A stretch of 62,077 nucleotides of DNA from Catajapyx aquilonaris (Eukaryota), in NCBI GenBank assembly GCA_000934665.2, contig JYFJ02002159.1, forward strand, positions 1 through 62,077. Direction: 5' to 3'. The position numbers were made by a program, and so were the translations under genes. A model generated the notes under the pieces. It was not told the origin of the DNA. It did not search any database and was given only the letters and a program-made list of their open reading frames with translations. The stretch's first letter is position 1, and each line of letters begins with the position of its first letter. Below are positions 10,394 to 22,800 of the stretch, piece by piece.

Positions 10394-13300
10394 ATGAAAT
10401 CGAGCGAGTTTAGGGGCTTTGCGACGACGGCTGCAACTGCGACTGCGACGATCAAACTAAATAGGCCTTCAGGAGACCAACCTGCAGGAGGGGGCGAGGA
10501 GGGGGAGGCGGGGGTGGACGACCACAAGGACCAAGAGTGGAAGAGGAACGTAGTCCTAGGAAGGTCTGAGGAGGAGTTTGTACCGGTCGAGGTGCGGATG
10601 GCTTCATGGGCTTGTGGATGGTGGTGGCGGCGGTGCTGGCGACGGCCCTCCGCCACCTCCAGGGCTTCGTCGGCCGCAGCACAAGCACTGCAGGTATATT
10701 GCGAGTTGTACGCCACTGTGTGCTACACACAATACAGTACAGTACTTAACACTGGGCCCGGGAAGCTTTCAGAGACCGACAGACTCCCGCCCGATTGGGA
10801 TCACGTGTTGCTTGTCTGCAGTTATTTCAGCGGGGTTCATGCATAGTCAGCGATTTGAATAAGCGATAGGCGTGCTAATACGAAGGAAAATCGTGCTGGG
10901 AAATTTGCGGCAGTGCAGTCACCTTGACGGTCGATTTATCGGAAGTGAAGTATTGTAGTGCAGTCCTTGGGGGTAAATAATGTACTTGTGTGTAGGACTT
11001 TGCTTGAATAGTGACATAGCTCAATGTGACCCAAAGAATGGGTCTGTATATAGTACGTTCCAAATTGCTTTATTTCTGCAAGGCTGCAGTAGTTGTGCAC
11101 TACTCCTTTTTTGGTAGCATATAAATTTTGTTACAGTCATGTCAAAATAACTTGTGCTATTAGGAAGTTGACCTCAAACTGTTGCGACAGTCTTTAGCCA
11201 TCGAACGCGTTGCGACAACCACATAATGTAGGAACATGATTGCTTTATTGACCATGCAGACGTTTCCTTTCTGATCGATTAAATTGAAAGTCCACCACTG
11301 TACAAACTGATGTATATCGGGATGGTTGACCCGCCCCAGACTAAGACATGTCCATGGTGCGGTTGTTCTAGGTCCGCCTTCGCCGTGAGCATGGCCTGCA
11401 ACTGCCCCTACACCCTCAGCAGCTGGGAGGATGGGCCGCCTTGGTCCTCATGTCTCTGTCCACTTTCTTCGTGCTGATTCCTGCCCTGGCCTCGCCCCTC
11501 CGCCTGCCCATCTACCTCACCTTTGCCCTGGTGCTGACCAGTCACCTGGTGGCCCACCTGGCCGCCACTCTGCTCGACCCCGCCGAAGCTGCTTTGCGCT
11601 CCGGTGAGAATGGTGTCTCCCTCCGTCGCTTTGTTTCACTTTCATGAGTGGGCGTCATTTCCTCGGCAACAGTTTTGGCAGTTATTATATCCTGAGGACA
11701 TTTCTCGTGATCGGAATGCTCGTTCGACAAGTTTATTTCGTTGGCAGTGTACCCCTCTTGGCGCCAGCCATCACAAGTATTGATTCTCGGGTAGTAGTGA
11801 CCTCGGGCAAGGAAATCTAACCTACTGTACGTGTGTTTGCATAGGTCGCAGCTGTATGCTTCTACCGCAGCGATTGGGATTATTAATCCACTTCCATTAT
11901 GTGGTAAATTATGGAACAATAATAAATAGAAACCGTCATAGAGCGTTATAATATGCGGTTAGTTATCATAACTACCGAAGCAGGTTGGCATAGTGGATAA
12001 GGCGTCCGACTGCTAATCGGGAGGTCCTGGGTTCGAATCCCGGGACCGGCAACTCTGACCGTGGTTTTCTGTGGTTTCCCACGGTCCTTCCAGGGAAATT
12101 CCGGAGTTGCTTCCGTAATTAATAGGCCACAGCCGCTTCCTTCCGTCCCTATCCTATCCCAAAGAGCGCAGTAAAATGAAAGCAAAGAGTTCCAGCCAAA
12201 ACAAACTTCCCCCCTAAAGAGCCGATGGCTGATAACGGGGTATGAATTAGAATTAGAATTAGAATTAGAATTAGTTATCATAACTGGATCCTGCAGCATT
12301 AAGTTATTGGTCCCACATTGTATTGTGGCTCTTGGCTCGTATTTGATGAGCCTAATGAATAATGCTGTGGGAGATTTCATTTCCCTTGCGAGTGACATTA
12401 ATTTTGCATTAATTAATCCGCAGGCTGACTGTCATGTAAAGCTGGAATATCCCGGAATACCATTAATTAATCACCCGGCTTGAATTATTCAGAATATAGG
12501 GCAGGTATAGGCACAATTTCAGTAACCTTGCCCCGCTGTACGTATGTTTCTCGTGCAACTGTCTCGAGCTGCTGTTTTATCGCCGCTCACGCAAGAGTTT
12601 GGCGGGCTCTCAGTAGATTTAGACGGAACTTGAATTGACATGTATGAAAATAGACCTGTACTTTCATTCGGCTATTAATTTGAACATTCGGATGTAAGCG
12701 AAACAATGTCGTACGTGCTGTACGTAGTTATCACTTTAAACGCTTTCACGCCTTGCCCCATCTGCGCATTTAGTAGATCCGGAAAGAATACTGGGAGACC
12801 CGGGATTTTAATATAATTTCTATCGCAACGTTGCCGATGAATTGACGACCACAATGGGGATATAGTGACATAGTTAGTGAATGTTGGTGATCCTCATCTG
12901 TGCAGGGTCTCGTCACAAGAGGAACCAGCCTTCTGGCCAGCTAGATCGCTCGAAGCACCAGCACGTAATTGAAGATGGCCGTTGCCACCTGTGCGACATC
13001 AGCATCACTGGGCCTCGAACCAAGCACTGCAGCCTATGCAACAAGTGCGTGGCCCTCTTCGACCATCACTGCCGGTGGCTCAACCACTGCGTAGGGAAAC
13101 GCAATTACCGGGCCTTCCTTGCCTGTCTGGCCACAGCCATGGCCGGGGTGGCCGGAGTTTTGGCCTTAGCTTCAGCCGACTTAATTCTCTACGCTGTCAG
13201 TCCGTCGTCCCTGGCACCCTGGGAGATGCAGCAGGGAGTTGGCCAGAAGGGGTCAGGAACAAAGGAGCCACTGTCCTTCGTTGCATTTTTCTGCGAGGTG

Positions 13301-14380
13301 AACGACGGATTTTTTCTGGGCGTCGCCGGTGCTTCCGTGCTGCTATCCGGCGCTGGTGTCATTCTTCTGGCACACCTCTGCGCCTTCCACGTCTACATTG
13401 CCATCATCGGAGTCACCACCTACGAGTACATTCGGTACGGACCCGACTTTAGGCCCGTTCCACAGACGGCTCTGGCTCTGGTGGCCGCCTCCGCCCCACC
13501 GCTCCTTCCCGGGACTCCGCCACCAGCACCCACTCCCCCGGGAACGGCACCCACAGCAGTGCCGCAATCAGTACCTCCAGAGGTACCAGCCCCGCCCGCC
13601 GAAGCACCTGCTCCAGCCGCCCCGCCTCCTGAGCCCCCTCCAGTCTGGACAACAATACCTCTGGACGACAATCCTGAAGAACCACCACCTGCTGCCAGAG
13701 GGAAGTTAGAGCGAGCCAGGGAGGAGGCATACAAATGCTGGTCTAGAATCAAGAGGAAACCCGAGCAGCAGAAGCCGGAAAATTCGAGCACCAGTGGCTA
13801 CCTGTACCGAACTCGACGGTTTCTTAAAATTCCTTTCATGCGGAAACGGCCAGCGATAGAAGCGCCTCCCCAGACAGTGTTAACGGAACTGGGTACGCAG
13901 GAAAATCTGGCCCAAGTGGACAAATCCAGGTCCACGTGTTGGACAGTGAGGTTCGGGAGGAAGGAAACTCTGAATGTCGCCATGGACACTTCGGAAGCAA
14001 TGAGCTGCTCCCAGAAGCGTCCTTCCTGTCGAAGATTCAGGAGACTGGGACGCGAAGAGTCGTTGGACACCGAGTCCCGTGCGAGATGCTGGCACCTTCA
14101 GAAACCCAACAGAGTCGGGCCACCTCTGCCGGCAGTGTCACAGGAGGACGAGAAGGAGGAGGAAGATAGCACTGCAATTAATGAGGTGGTGCTGAAGTCG
14201 AAGGAATCGGGTGAGACGCCTCCGGTACCTCCGACGCCTCCCGTAACCGACGCAGGAAACGGCAAGAAAAAGGCGTCGTCAGTACCAATCCTTCCCCCAA
14301 TAAAGACACGCCGTCCGTACACTCATTCTGCCCTGGGACAGGCCTTGAACACTTTGGCCACTCTTGACGGCCACACTTGA
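10394..14380 (+). CDS. DHHC palmitoyltransferase, ZDHHC1/ZDHHC11-like; exons 10394-10693, 11372-11603, 12906-14380 (about 668 aa)
   Basis: [50 protein letters not shown]-terminal [14 protein letters not shown] resembles the ZDHHC1/11 motif; TM helices, TTYEY motif, long Pro-rich tail. Splice phases 0 and 1 are consistent. The first exon is less certain. Confidence 0.85.
11974..12270 (+). mobile_element. Full-length tRNA-derived SINE (family A) in ZDHHC intron 2
   Basis: A box TGGCATAGTGG, B box GGTTCGAATCCC, (GAATTA)n tail, 15-bp TSD TTAGTTATCATAACT (11959-11973 and 12271-12285). Confidence 0.9.
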
Positions 14381-14855
14381 GGATGCTATGTCCAAACTGT
14401 GCCTTTTGAGATTCCTCGCCGTCCATGCCCAGCAGTGGCCGTTTCCAGCCCGTATATGTCAACTGCGTACATGCCAAGCGTGTAGTTGGCTCTTTTGGTT
14501 ATCGCTTTTTGTATACAGAAACATTTATTATGCGCAATAAGTGGTGAGTGTTGCTCAGCTGACGCATTGTGTGCATGCGTGCCGATATTTTAAAAGGAGG
14601 AATAAAATTACGTGCGAGATACGTGACTTGTTTGCTGTGGGAAGAGTTTATTTTTATTCTGGGGGCATGCTGTTCCTTGCTTGCACCTGATCCCCTCTAC
14701 ACTTGACCTGCTCAGCCAGACTTCCGTGAGAATCAATGTCAAGGTTGAACGTTTCTCACACCTGAAAAGAAAAAAAGAAACACCCGGATCACAGCTGTAC
14801 AGACTGGCTTGGGAAACGGGTGGGAATTTTAACGCATTTCTGTAGTTATGTAATA

Positions 14856-15215
14856 GAGTAAAACCCCGATTATCCGTGACCCACGAGACTGGGGCATCGT
14901 CGGATAACCGAAAACGTCGGATAATCCGAGTAAAAAAACTTGAATAAAACACAACAAAAAAAACATAGAAGCATGAAATAACGTACATTATTATGGTTTT
15001 TTAAGACATAGCGAAGTATTTTTCTTTTACACACACACACTCGACTGTACTGCATTAATTTACAATTTAACAAGGCAAAACAAGCAAATGTGTAGAACAT
15101 TACAGTATTTCATGAGAAAACAGATTTACGTGACACTTGTATTGCCGGAGCGGGACAGTCGGATAATTCTAGGAGTCAGATAATAATTCGAGGTCGGATA
15201 ATCGGGGTTCTGTTG
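14856..15215. mobile_element. Tigger/pogo-like MITE
   Basis: TA flanks; TIR core AACCCCGATTATCCG / CGGATAATCGGGGTT; repeated TCGGATAA sub-terminal motifs. Confidence 0.75.
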
Positions 15216-16733
15216 TAATTGCTGTTTCTAGAAAGATGGTCACAATTGCAGGATTTTCGGGCCATGGGAATGGTTTTTTTTCGGTAGTTTTTTTTTTATT
15301 TTTTGATGTGTCCAAATTGGGAAGCTTGGCTATTCAATCACCTCCCCAAATTATGGCATTGTGCAAAATAGCCGAACACCTTTTCAAGTTATCCGACGAA
15401 ACTGGCGATGGAAATGTATCATAACGTGAGAAAGCCTTGGCTTATCCTTATGCTCGATGGGCGCCAGATGAACGGCATATTTCACTTGTTTTTTAGGTGA
15501 CATTTTCTTCCTTTCTCTTTTGAGAAATTTACTGGCATATCCACCTACTGTCTACATCGGTCTACATCATCACAAAATCATGTGCTGTGAGGAAAAAAGA
15601 GGACAAAGACTGCAAATGGTAGAGATTTCCTATATATGTCATGCACAATGTCGGAATTTGGAACATCGTCTCACTTTCGACCCCGCCCGTCTATTGCAAA
15701 TTTTGATAATTTCATACTCTGTGCACATTTGGTTTTTTTAAATGATCTTCCTGTAACAACTGTTATTGGGGGGGGGGGGGTGTTAATTCGGAGATTCGAG
15801 ATCACAATTCATCACAGAAGGGTTAACCACTCCACTTTCAAGTGTGAAGTTGATTCTTGATTGTACTATTTACCTGATATGATTGCAGCAATCATTTGCC
15901 CAGATAACATTCGACTATGTGACAAATTGTACACCTGATTATGCAAGTGGTTATCTTCTCGATTTTGACTTGCAAAATTTGTATTTTGAGAGTTGAGGAG
16001 TCAAGAGTGCATAGTTACTGAAATATGACAGCAGTTTTAGTAACATTAGGCTTATAAAATGCATGTCACATTCACTTGTGCGATAATATTATACGACATC
16101 CCTCTATTGTATAATTTGAGTGCGTCATTCATTACCAGTGGTGGAGTTGGGCAGGAAGTAATGCCTCTCATTGGCAACAACCATCATCCACTGGGGTCAA
16201 TGGGAACATGAGGAATGGTGATAAAATATGTACAGTGGCATACATTGCATTTCATTTCTACTTATAGTGAGCTTAGATTGTTTAAATGAGCCTGGATCAT
16301 GTAAATGAAGTTTTGATTTCCACAGGTTATGGTGGGTGAACTATGTTACAGCCAGGAGAACAAAAACATGAAAAATTGATGAATCAAAGACATTGCCACA
16401 AACATTTCCAAATGGGCAGCACTGGAACGAAAGTCTTTCCATGCAGTGCAGAGTTACCTGAATGAACTGTTTCTGCACATTAACACATTTTACGTACAAG
16501 TTAATGGTGGGTTGTGGTTACCGCATGCTTGTTTATTTTTCTTTGCCTTTTGGAGCTCCATTGAGAGTATTATTTGTTCATGCTGCAGTTTATGCCAGTA
16601 TGTGTTCAACCTGTTGTTGACATGCATGATATTCTGAGTTAGTGAATGTAGAGCAAGAGGTATACTTTAGTTAGGACTCCTTGAAAATGCACATATTTGT
16701 TGCTTTCCATGCAGAGCACTCAACTGAAAGACC

Positions 16734-19414
16734 ATGCCACCCCCGCTAAGAGGGCATGATTTTTGGCGAGAAGTGTTGGGATCCCCATCCCTGGTTGTGG
16801 CACCAATGGTGGATGCCAGTGAGCTTGCTTGGCGTATGCTTAGCCGGAAGTACCGCGCCCAGTTATGCTACACGCCTATGCTACATGGTGCTGTCTTTGT
16901 GCGGGATGCCAGGTACCGTCGAGAGGCACTGCTTTCATGCTCTGAGGACCGGCCACTGGTGGTTCAATTTTGTGCCAATGATCCTGATGTGTTTGTGGCT
17001 GCAGCAAGACTTGCTGCTCCTTTTTGTGATGCTGTTGACCTCAATCTGGGCTGCCCACAGACTATTGCCAAGAAGGGGAGGTATGGAGCATATTTACAGG
17101 ATGACTGGGACCTATTGCGAAAGATGGTGGAGAAAGCCTATTCAGAACTGCAGGTACCCATAACATGCAAAGTCCGTGTCTTCCCAGAGGTGGAAAAGAC
17201 TGTACGATATGCTCAGATGCTGGAGGCTGCTGGATGTCAACTTTTAACTGTTCATGGTCGCACCAGGGAGCAGAAAGGTCCTTTTACAGGACTTGCTTCC
17301 TGGGAACACATCCGTGCTGTCAAGTAAGTACACTTTTGTTGGAGGTGATTCTAACTTTGCAACCCACAACACCTATACTGACACCCATGTTTACACCTTT
17401 TTTTCTCTTGCTTCAACAATAATAGGAACTGACAAACGAACAGGTTGAAGGGATTCTCATGGATGGTTTTTTTTTGTAAAGTTGTTATTTGATGAAGGCT
17501 CTACTTGGGTGCATATTTAGACCATGTAACTGACTGGCTTATGCAGAATTTAAATAGCTTTTCTGCAATTTGTGTATAAAAACTACTGTAAAATTATCTG
17601 GCATGTTGCATGTAAATTAAGAAATTCTGGGTATATTACACCTATCAAAAGAGTAGCACTGATAGTAATCACTTTCACTGGGGAAGGCGCGGTGGCCGAA
17701 ATGGTTACGTCTCAGCTTGCTGAGCAGAAGATCCCGGGTTCGATCCCCACCCAGGATTACCCTTCCACCTGCGTCAGTGAGTCTCTTCCCTGCCTAAGAA
17801 GGCGTCTTGGCAACCTAGCCTTCTGGGGGACTGCACATGACCCATTTCCTACATTGCACTTGCACCTGTGTCCCCTCCCCAAAAATCCTGATCCTTCCCC
17901 CATTTCCATGCTTCCCTGCATGGAGAACGAAGAAAAAGTATGAAATACTAGAAAACCGATGGTGGTAGGCCACCCCCCTATAACGACTTACAGTTGTATC
18001 ACAGGGTAAAATAATAAAATAAAATAAATAAAATAAAATAATCACTTTAACTATCCAGCTGACAACATGAAGACTTTTCTTACAGTCAGTAACTGGGGGA
18101 GCAGTTGTCCACAGTGTAGTCTTCCCAAGAAGTGACATATGGCCTCATTTTCAGGGAAGCAGTGAAAATTCCAGTGTTTGCAAATGGAAACATTCAGTAC
18201 TTGGATGATGCTCTGCGCTGCCTACGAGAGACAGGAGTGGAGGGGATCATGTCTGCAGAAGGAAACCTACATAATCCTGCCATCTTTGCTGGGATACAGC
18301 CACCAGTGTGGCAAATGGCACAGGAGTACCTGGAACTGGTGCACCGGTACCCATGTCCAATATCCTACACTAGAGGCCACCTATTCAAGCTCTTCCATCA
18401 CCTGTAGGTTTTTAAATTGACTTTTTGAAATGTACTTGCTGAACCTGATTTATTCCCTGACTTCAGCTTAAATACACCAAGCAATCTGGACTTGCGTATG
18501 GAACTGGCAAAAGGGTCCACACTCTGGGAGTTTGAGCAGACTGTAGGACGCCTGAGAGATCGCCATGTGCCATTCCACCTGGGTGATGCCACCTGGGAAC
18601 ATTCCATGGAATCACTGGCGTATCCACCTTGGATATGCCAACCTTACATACGTCCACCTCCAAAAGATACAACTGCATCTCTCAAGAGACCTATTATTCA
18701 GGATCAATTGGAAGAAGACCAAAAGGTATTATTTGAGGGATTGAGGTATTAGTATCTCCAACAATGATTTGTGTACATAACATGCTGTTTTACATAGGTG
18801 ACGGCTGCAGACATCACTGCCCATTCGACACTGTCCAAGAAAAAACTGAAAAAGCTGCAGAGGTATCCTAACAAGCGGTTTGGAGCTAAAGAAGTTGCAG
18901 CAAAGTGTCTTACTTGCCCAAATCCATTGGTGAGTAGATGCACTTATCGTAGTGTCACATCCACAGTGCAAGAAGAGGTAGAGGTCAAAGGTACAGATTG
19001 ATTTCCCCAGCAACAGAATGAAGAGATACGCAACCCATTGGAATCAGTTGTTGTGTGATCACTGCTTTTCTTTAAGCTGGTTTGTTGGAGTAAACAATTC
19101 TTAACTTCTTCCCTTCCTTCCATTGTTGGACTGTAGTCTTGGACAGTGCACTATCCTGTAGATGTACTTCTACAGCATTGGATAACATTTCATATAACAC
19201 CATAGAGACAAATGACTAATATCTGTTGTATTTTAATGCTGTTTCTCCATTTTAGGGGTTGAAATGTCCACATCAATTGTGCCGTGCATGTTGCCGCGTC
19301 AAATGCTTTGAGGAGACACTGGATTGTATAGGTCACAAACTTTTAGTGCGGAGTAAGAGAAGCAAAAGCAGTGCCAATGCAAGTCCATCTGCCAAAACAG
19401 AAATCTCTAGCTGA
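16734..19414 (+). CDS. DUS1L: tRNA-dihydrouridine(16/17) synthase 1-like; exons 16734-17323, 18155-18403, 18467-18725, 18798-18929, 19256-19414 (462 aa)
   Basis: Motifs [58 protein letters not shown] and the C-terminal Cys cluster [25 protein letters not shown]...CIGH. All junctions are GT-AG and in phase. Confidence 0.95.
17676..18038 (+). mobile_element. tRNA-derived SINE (family B) in DUS1L intron
   Basis: A box TGGCCGAAATGG, B box GGTTCGATCCC, (AAAT)n tail, 10-bp TSD TAATCACTTT (17666-17675 and 18039-18048). Confidence 0.85.
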
Positions 19415-19840
19415 TAATAATCAGTTATTCATTTACCAAGATGATAAAATTGTAACATAAAATTGTGTAATTATGCACAATATAACCTTCATATTTATTT
19501 AAATCAGTGAATCTCTCTTCTATTTACAGAATACATTTTCCCTCTCTGTACATTTGGGTTTCTGATTGTCCCTCTTGAGATCAGCTGTTGGGGCTTTGCC
19601 AATAATCCTTCTTGGCTCCAAGGTGGCAAAATTAATTGGAGCTCAGGAGTAATTGCAAAACATTTACAAATTGGAAGACAGTCGCAAAATTAATTCTCTT
19701 ATATACAATGTCAGTTAACTTTACAAGGCTTAAAATCTCTTTTAAGTTCAGATCTGTACAGGAAGAAGACTTTGTGTACAGAAAGATTGATTGTCATGGA
19801 GACTTATGATTCAACCACAAAGGGGTCTTCTCTGTAGATG

Positions 19841-22800
19841 TCACCTTGGGCAGAAGCTAAAGTTGGGGAAGAGATGGCAATGCAGCGAGAGAAACCTGCA
19901 AAGAAGTAACATACTACATCAGTTACATTTTGGTATGTTGGGTTTTGATATTGTGCTGATTAAACTGCATTATGTACCTGGTTGGATCATGTCGCACATC
20001 AAACCCATCAACTTGTACTATATTCATCTCGTCACCGTAGCGGGAGTAGCTGAAGCTTATCTGCAGGAACAAATGGATAATTTCACTGTGTGACCTTACT
20101 TTAACTTATGCTATCCTTACTAAAATTTACAATAAGCCTATTTTAATTTTTTCCCCTTGTTATTTTTTTGGGGTGTGGGCGGTGGGGGTTGGGTAAAAAA
20201 GCATGTGGGATAGGTTAGGTTGTAATGCTTGTCACAGATAAGCATATGTTACAATCAGAGAAGAGTGCCACACTGTGGTGAAGTGTATAATTATGTTGCA
20301 TTGCAGAATTTAGATCCCATCTATGTCAGTGGAAATGTTGCACATACCAACAAGTCCTCTTGCACCCAAGGGGGAAAGGGAAAGGGAAAGGAGGGAGTTG
20401 CACATGAGTTTATTTATGTTCTGTTCAGTTCTTCCAACTGTCTCACATTTGCCAGGTACATTCAGGAACAGGAGCACCAAGTTGACATCAATTAACTCAT
20501 ATGTCAGCTAAATTATACAACAGATGGTAAGTTTGGTTCACCCATGTTATGTTGGACAGTGCGACAGAATCATGCAGCTCTTATTCCAGTTAGTTATTTA
20601 ATGGGATTTCACTCAATAATATGGCACAGTACCATCAACCATTTGCACCTCAAAAATTCCCTCAACACTGCTGATTCCAACTGCTTTTGGAGACTTATGA
20701 ACCCTAGTGAAACGAGCAAAAAATATGAACAGAAGTCAACTAATTACTTCTTCTGCAGGTAGATGCTATACTTTCAAGGCTAAGTACTCTTTGACAGATC
20801 AAACATTACATGGAACAGAATGTATTTGTCATGATCAAATATACTTATACCCCATTCATTAAGAAGTTATTAAATGCCTAATTATTTTATCATAATCTAA
20901 TCATCTTCATTGTAGCACTATGCTGTACGCCATAGAGGCAGGTGGAATAGGTTGGTGGGGATTGGAGGCACTTTATACTGCCATATATCTTCCATTGCAT
21001 GAAATTAAATTCAATGGCACTGATATAAACAGCATATAGTGGAATTTTCATAGCAGTTTCATACTTTTAAGTTATGAGGCTTTGCACCATTCAATAAAGG
21101 GGTAAGGGAATCAGCTGACAGTTTTTCTTACAAGATTCACCTTGCAACATTGGGAGCACATCATCATCAGCATACCATTGACAATGTGTCAATTAAATTA
21201 AATGCCATGTGGGCTTTGGCAAGGTACCCAGAGCCTATAGGAGGGATTCATGACCTTGTGTCCTTGTCTACAGACCACTTTTCTGATGGGCAATGCTCAT
21301 GATCACTCATCAGTACTATGGAATGTAAGTTCAATGCCCTTAGTATGCATGGATCTAGGTATCAACTGCAGTTGGATATACTGTATACACACATAACTGA
21401 TAATAATATATTGATGTGTTCAAAGCAAGCAACCTCATTAGTATGAAAGCATTTTCCATGCTTCATTTGACATAAACAGTCATCTAGAAATATGAATGTC
21501 AATAATTTATCTGTTGAAAAGTGTGTATGAAGTCTATTCAACATTATTATAGCATGTAATATAACAGCTAGACATACTTTGATATTTTTCCTCCTAATTA
21601 TGATTAGTGCTGTAACCTAGACACTCCTTGGTACAGACGGAATATTACTTTTTTTTCAAGTTAGATTCAAATCATTGTAGCTCCACTGATCACCTAGCTA
21701 TTCTTTCCTGGATGATTCTCCAGCCAAGGGTTCATGCATATAAACACACGTTTTTGCTTTACCTGATCAGCAAATGTGTCTGATCTGATGAATTTCATTG
21801 GCTCCAGGTGGGAATGGAAATCTTCCACAACAGTAAGGTGTTCCTTGAGCAAGTGCTCTATCACATAACCAATGGTCACATCGTCTGGCAAACGTATTTT
21901 CTCACCTATGCTGATAAACTTGCCTCCACTGAAATGAAATATACCACGTTACATTACATGTTACAATTGAGTGACTTGGTGGCACACCAGTCATTCCCGA
22001 GACCTTACCTAGCAAGTGGCATCATTTTGAGGGCTAGAGCTCTACTGATGCAAAACCCAGCTCCACCAGTGGCAAACCAGAAGGAGATTTTTTGCTGGAA
22101 TTATACCCCATACATTAGTGGAACTGTATCACTAAATCAATGGGCACATGTGATCACAATGGAACTCACAGCTAAGTTGTCCCTGTTAAGTATCTCAAGC
22201 GGGGCTCTAATACTTGGCTTCCCCAGGTACCATGGCTTCTGTGGGTTGTATTTCTGTAGTCTGCGCAGCAAACGTGGGACATTGACGTAGTTGTCATCAT
22301 CAAAGTGGCAAAACCACCTGAGCAGGGAAGAAAAAGCATGGGAATGAGGCAGATCAAGTGAGGGTACAGCACAAGGGGCAGTGGCCCATGACTCCAGGAT
22401 GCCCACCTTCCTGGCCTTTTTTTGTTATTTGAGAGGAAGTATTAAGTGGGCACGCCCTTGCTGTCAAAAAAGAGGAAGAAGAAAAAAATGATTTACGTAC
22501 TTTCGGTTGCTCTCCAGGAAGGTGTCGAATTCCACGGCCATTTTGCAGCAGAGGGCTTTCCTATTAATTAAAACCACATAAGTCACGCAATGGACACACT
22601 AGAAATATGTAATATTGACTAATTTTTACCTATTGTGTGAAGAAGAGCAGTTGGTGTTGATGATGTGGCCATCTGTAAGACGATCCATCATTTAATTTCA
22701 AGAATCCAAAGCACTAATACTGTAATAACTATTGGCAACAATAACTTACTGGTTCGTTTCTGAAGCATGGGATCATCCGTGTCCGTGAAGAACCAAGTCT

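Noticed and set aside
11978..12050. tRNA-Ser(GCT)-like gene
   Set aside because: The acceptor stem is poor and there is no long variable arm. It continues into a SINE body with a tail and TSD, and a second copy is present.
21665..21693. Alternative short terminal exon for fringe (VISGATMI*)
   Set aside because: No polypyrimidine tract; the conserved terminal exons are at 19978-20060 and 19841-19895.
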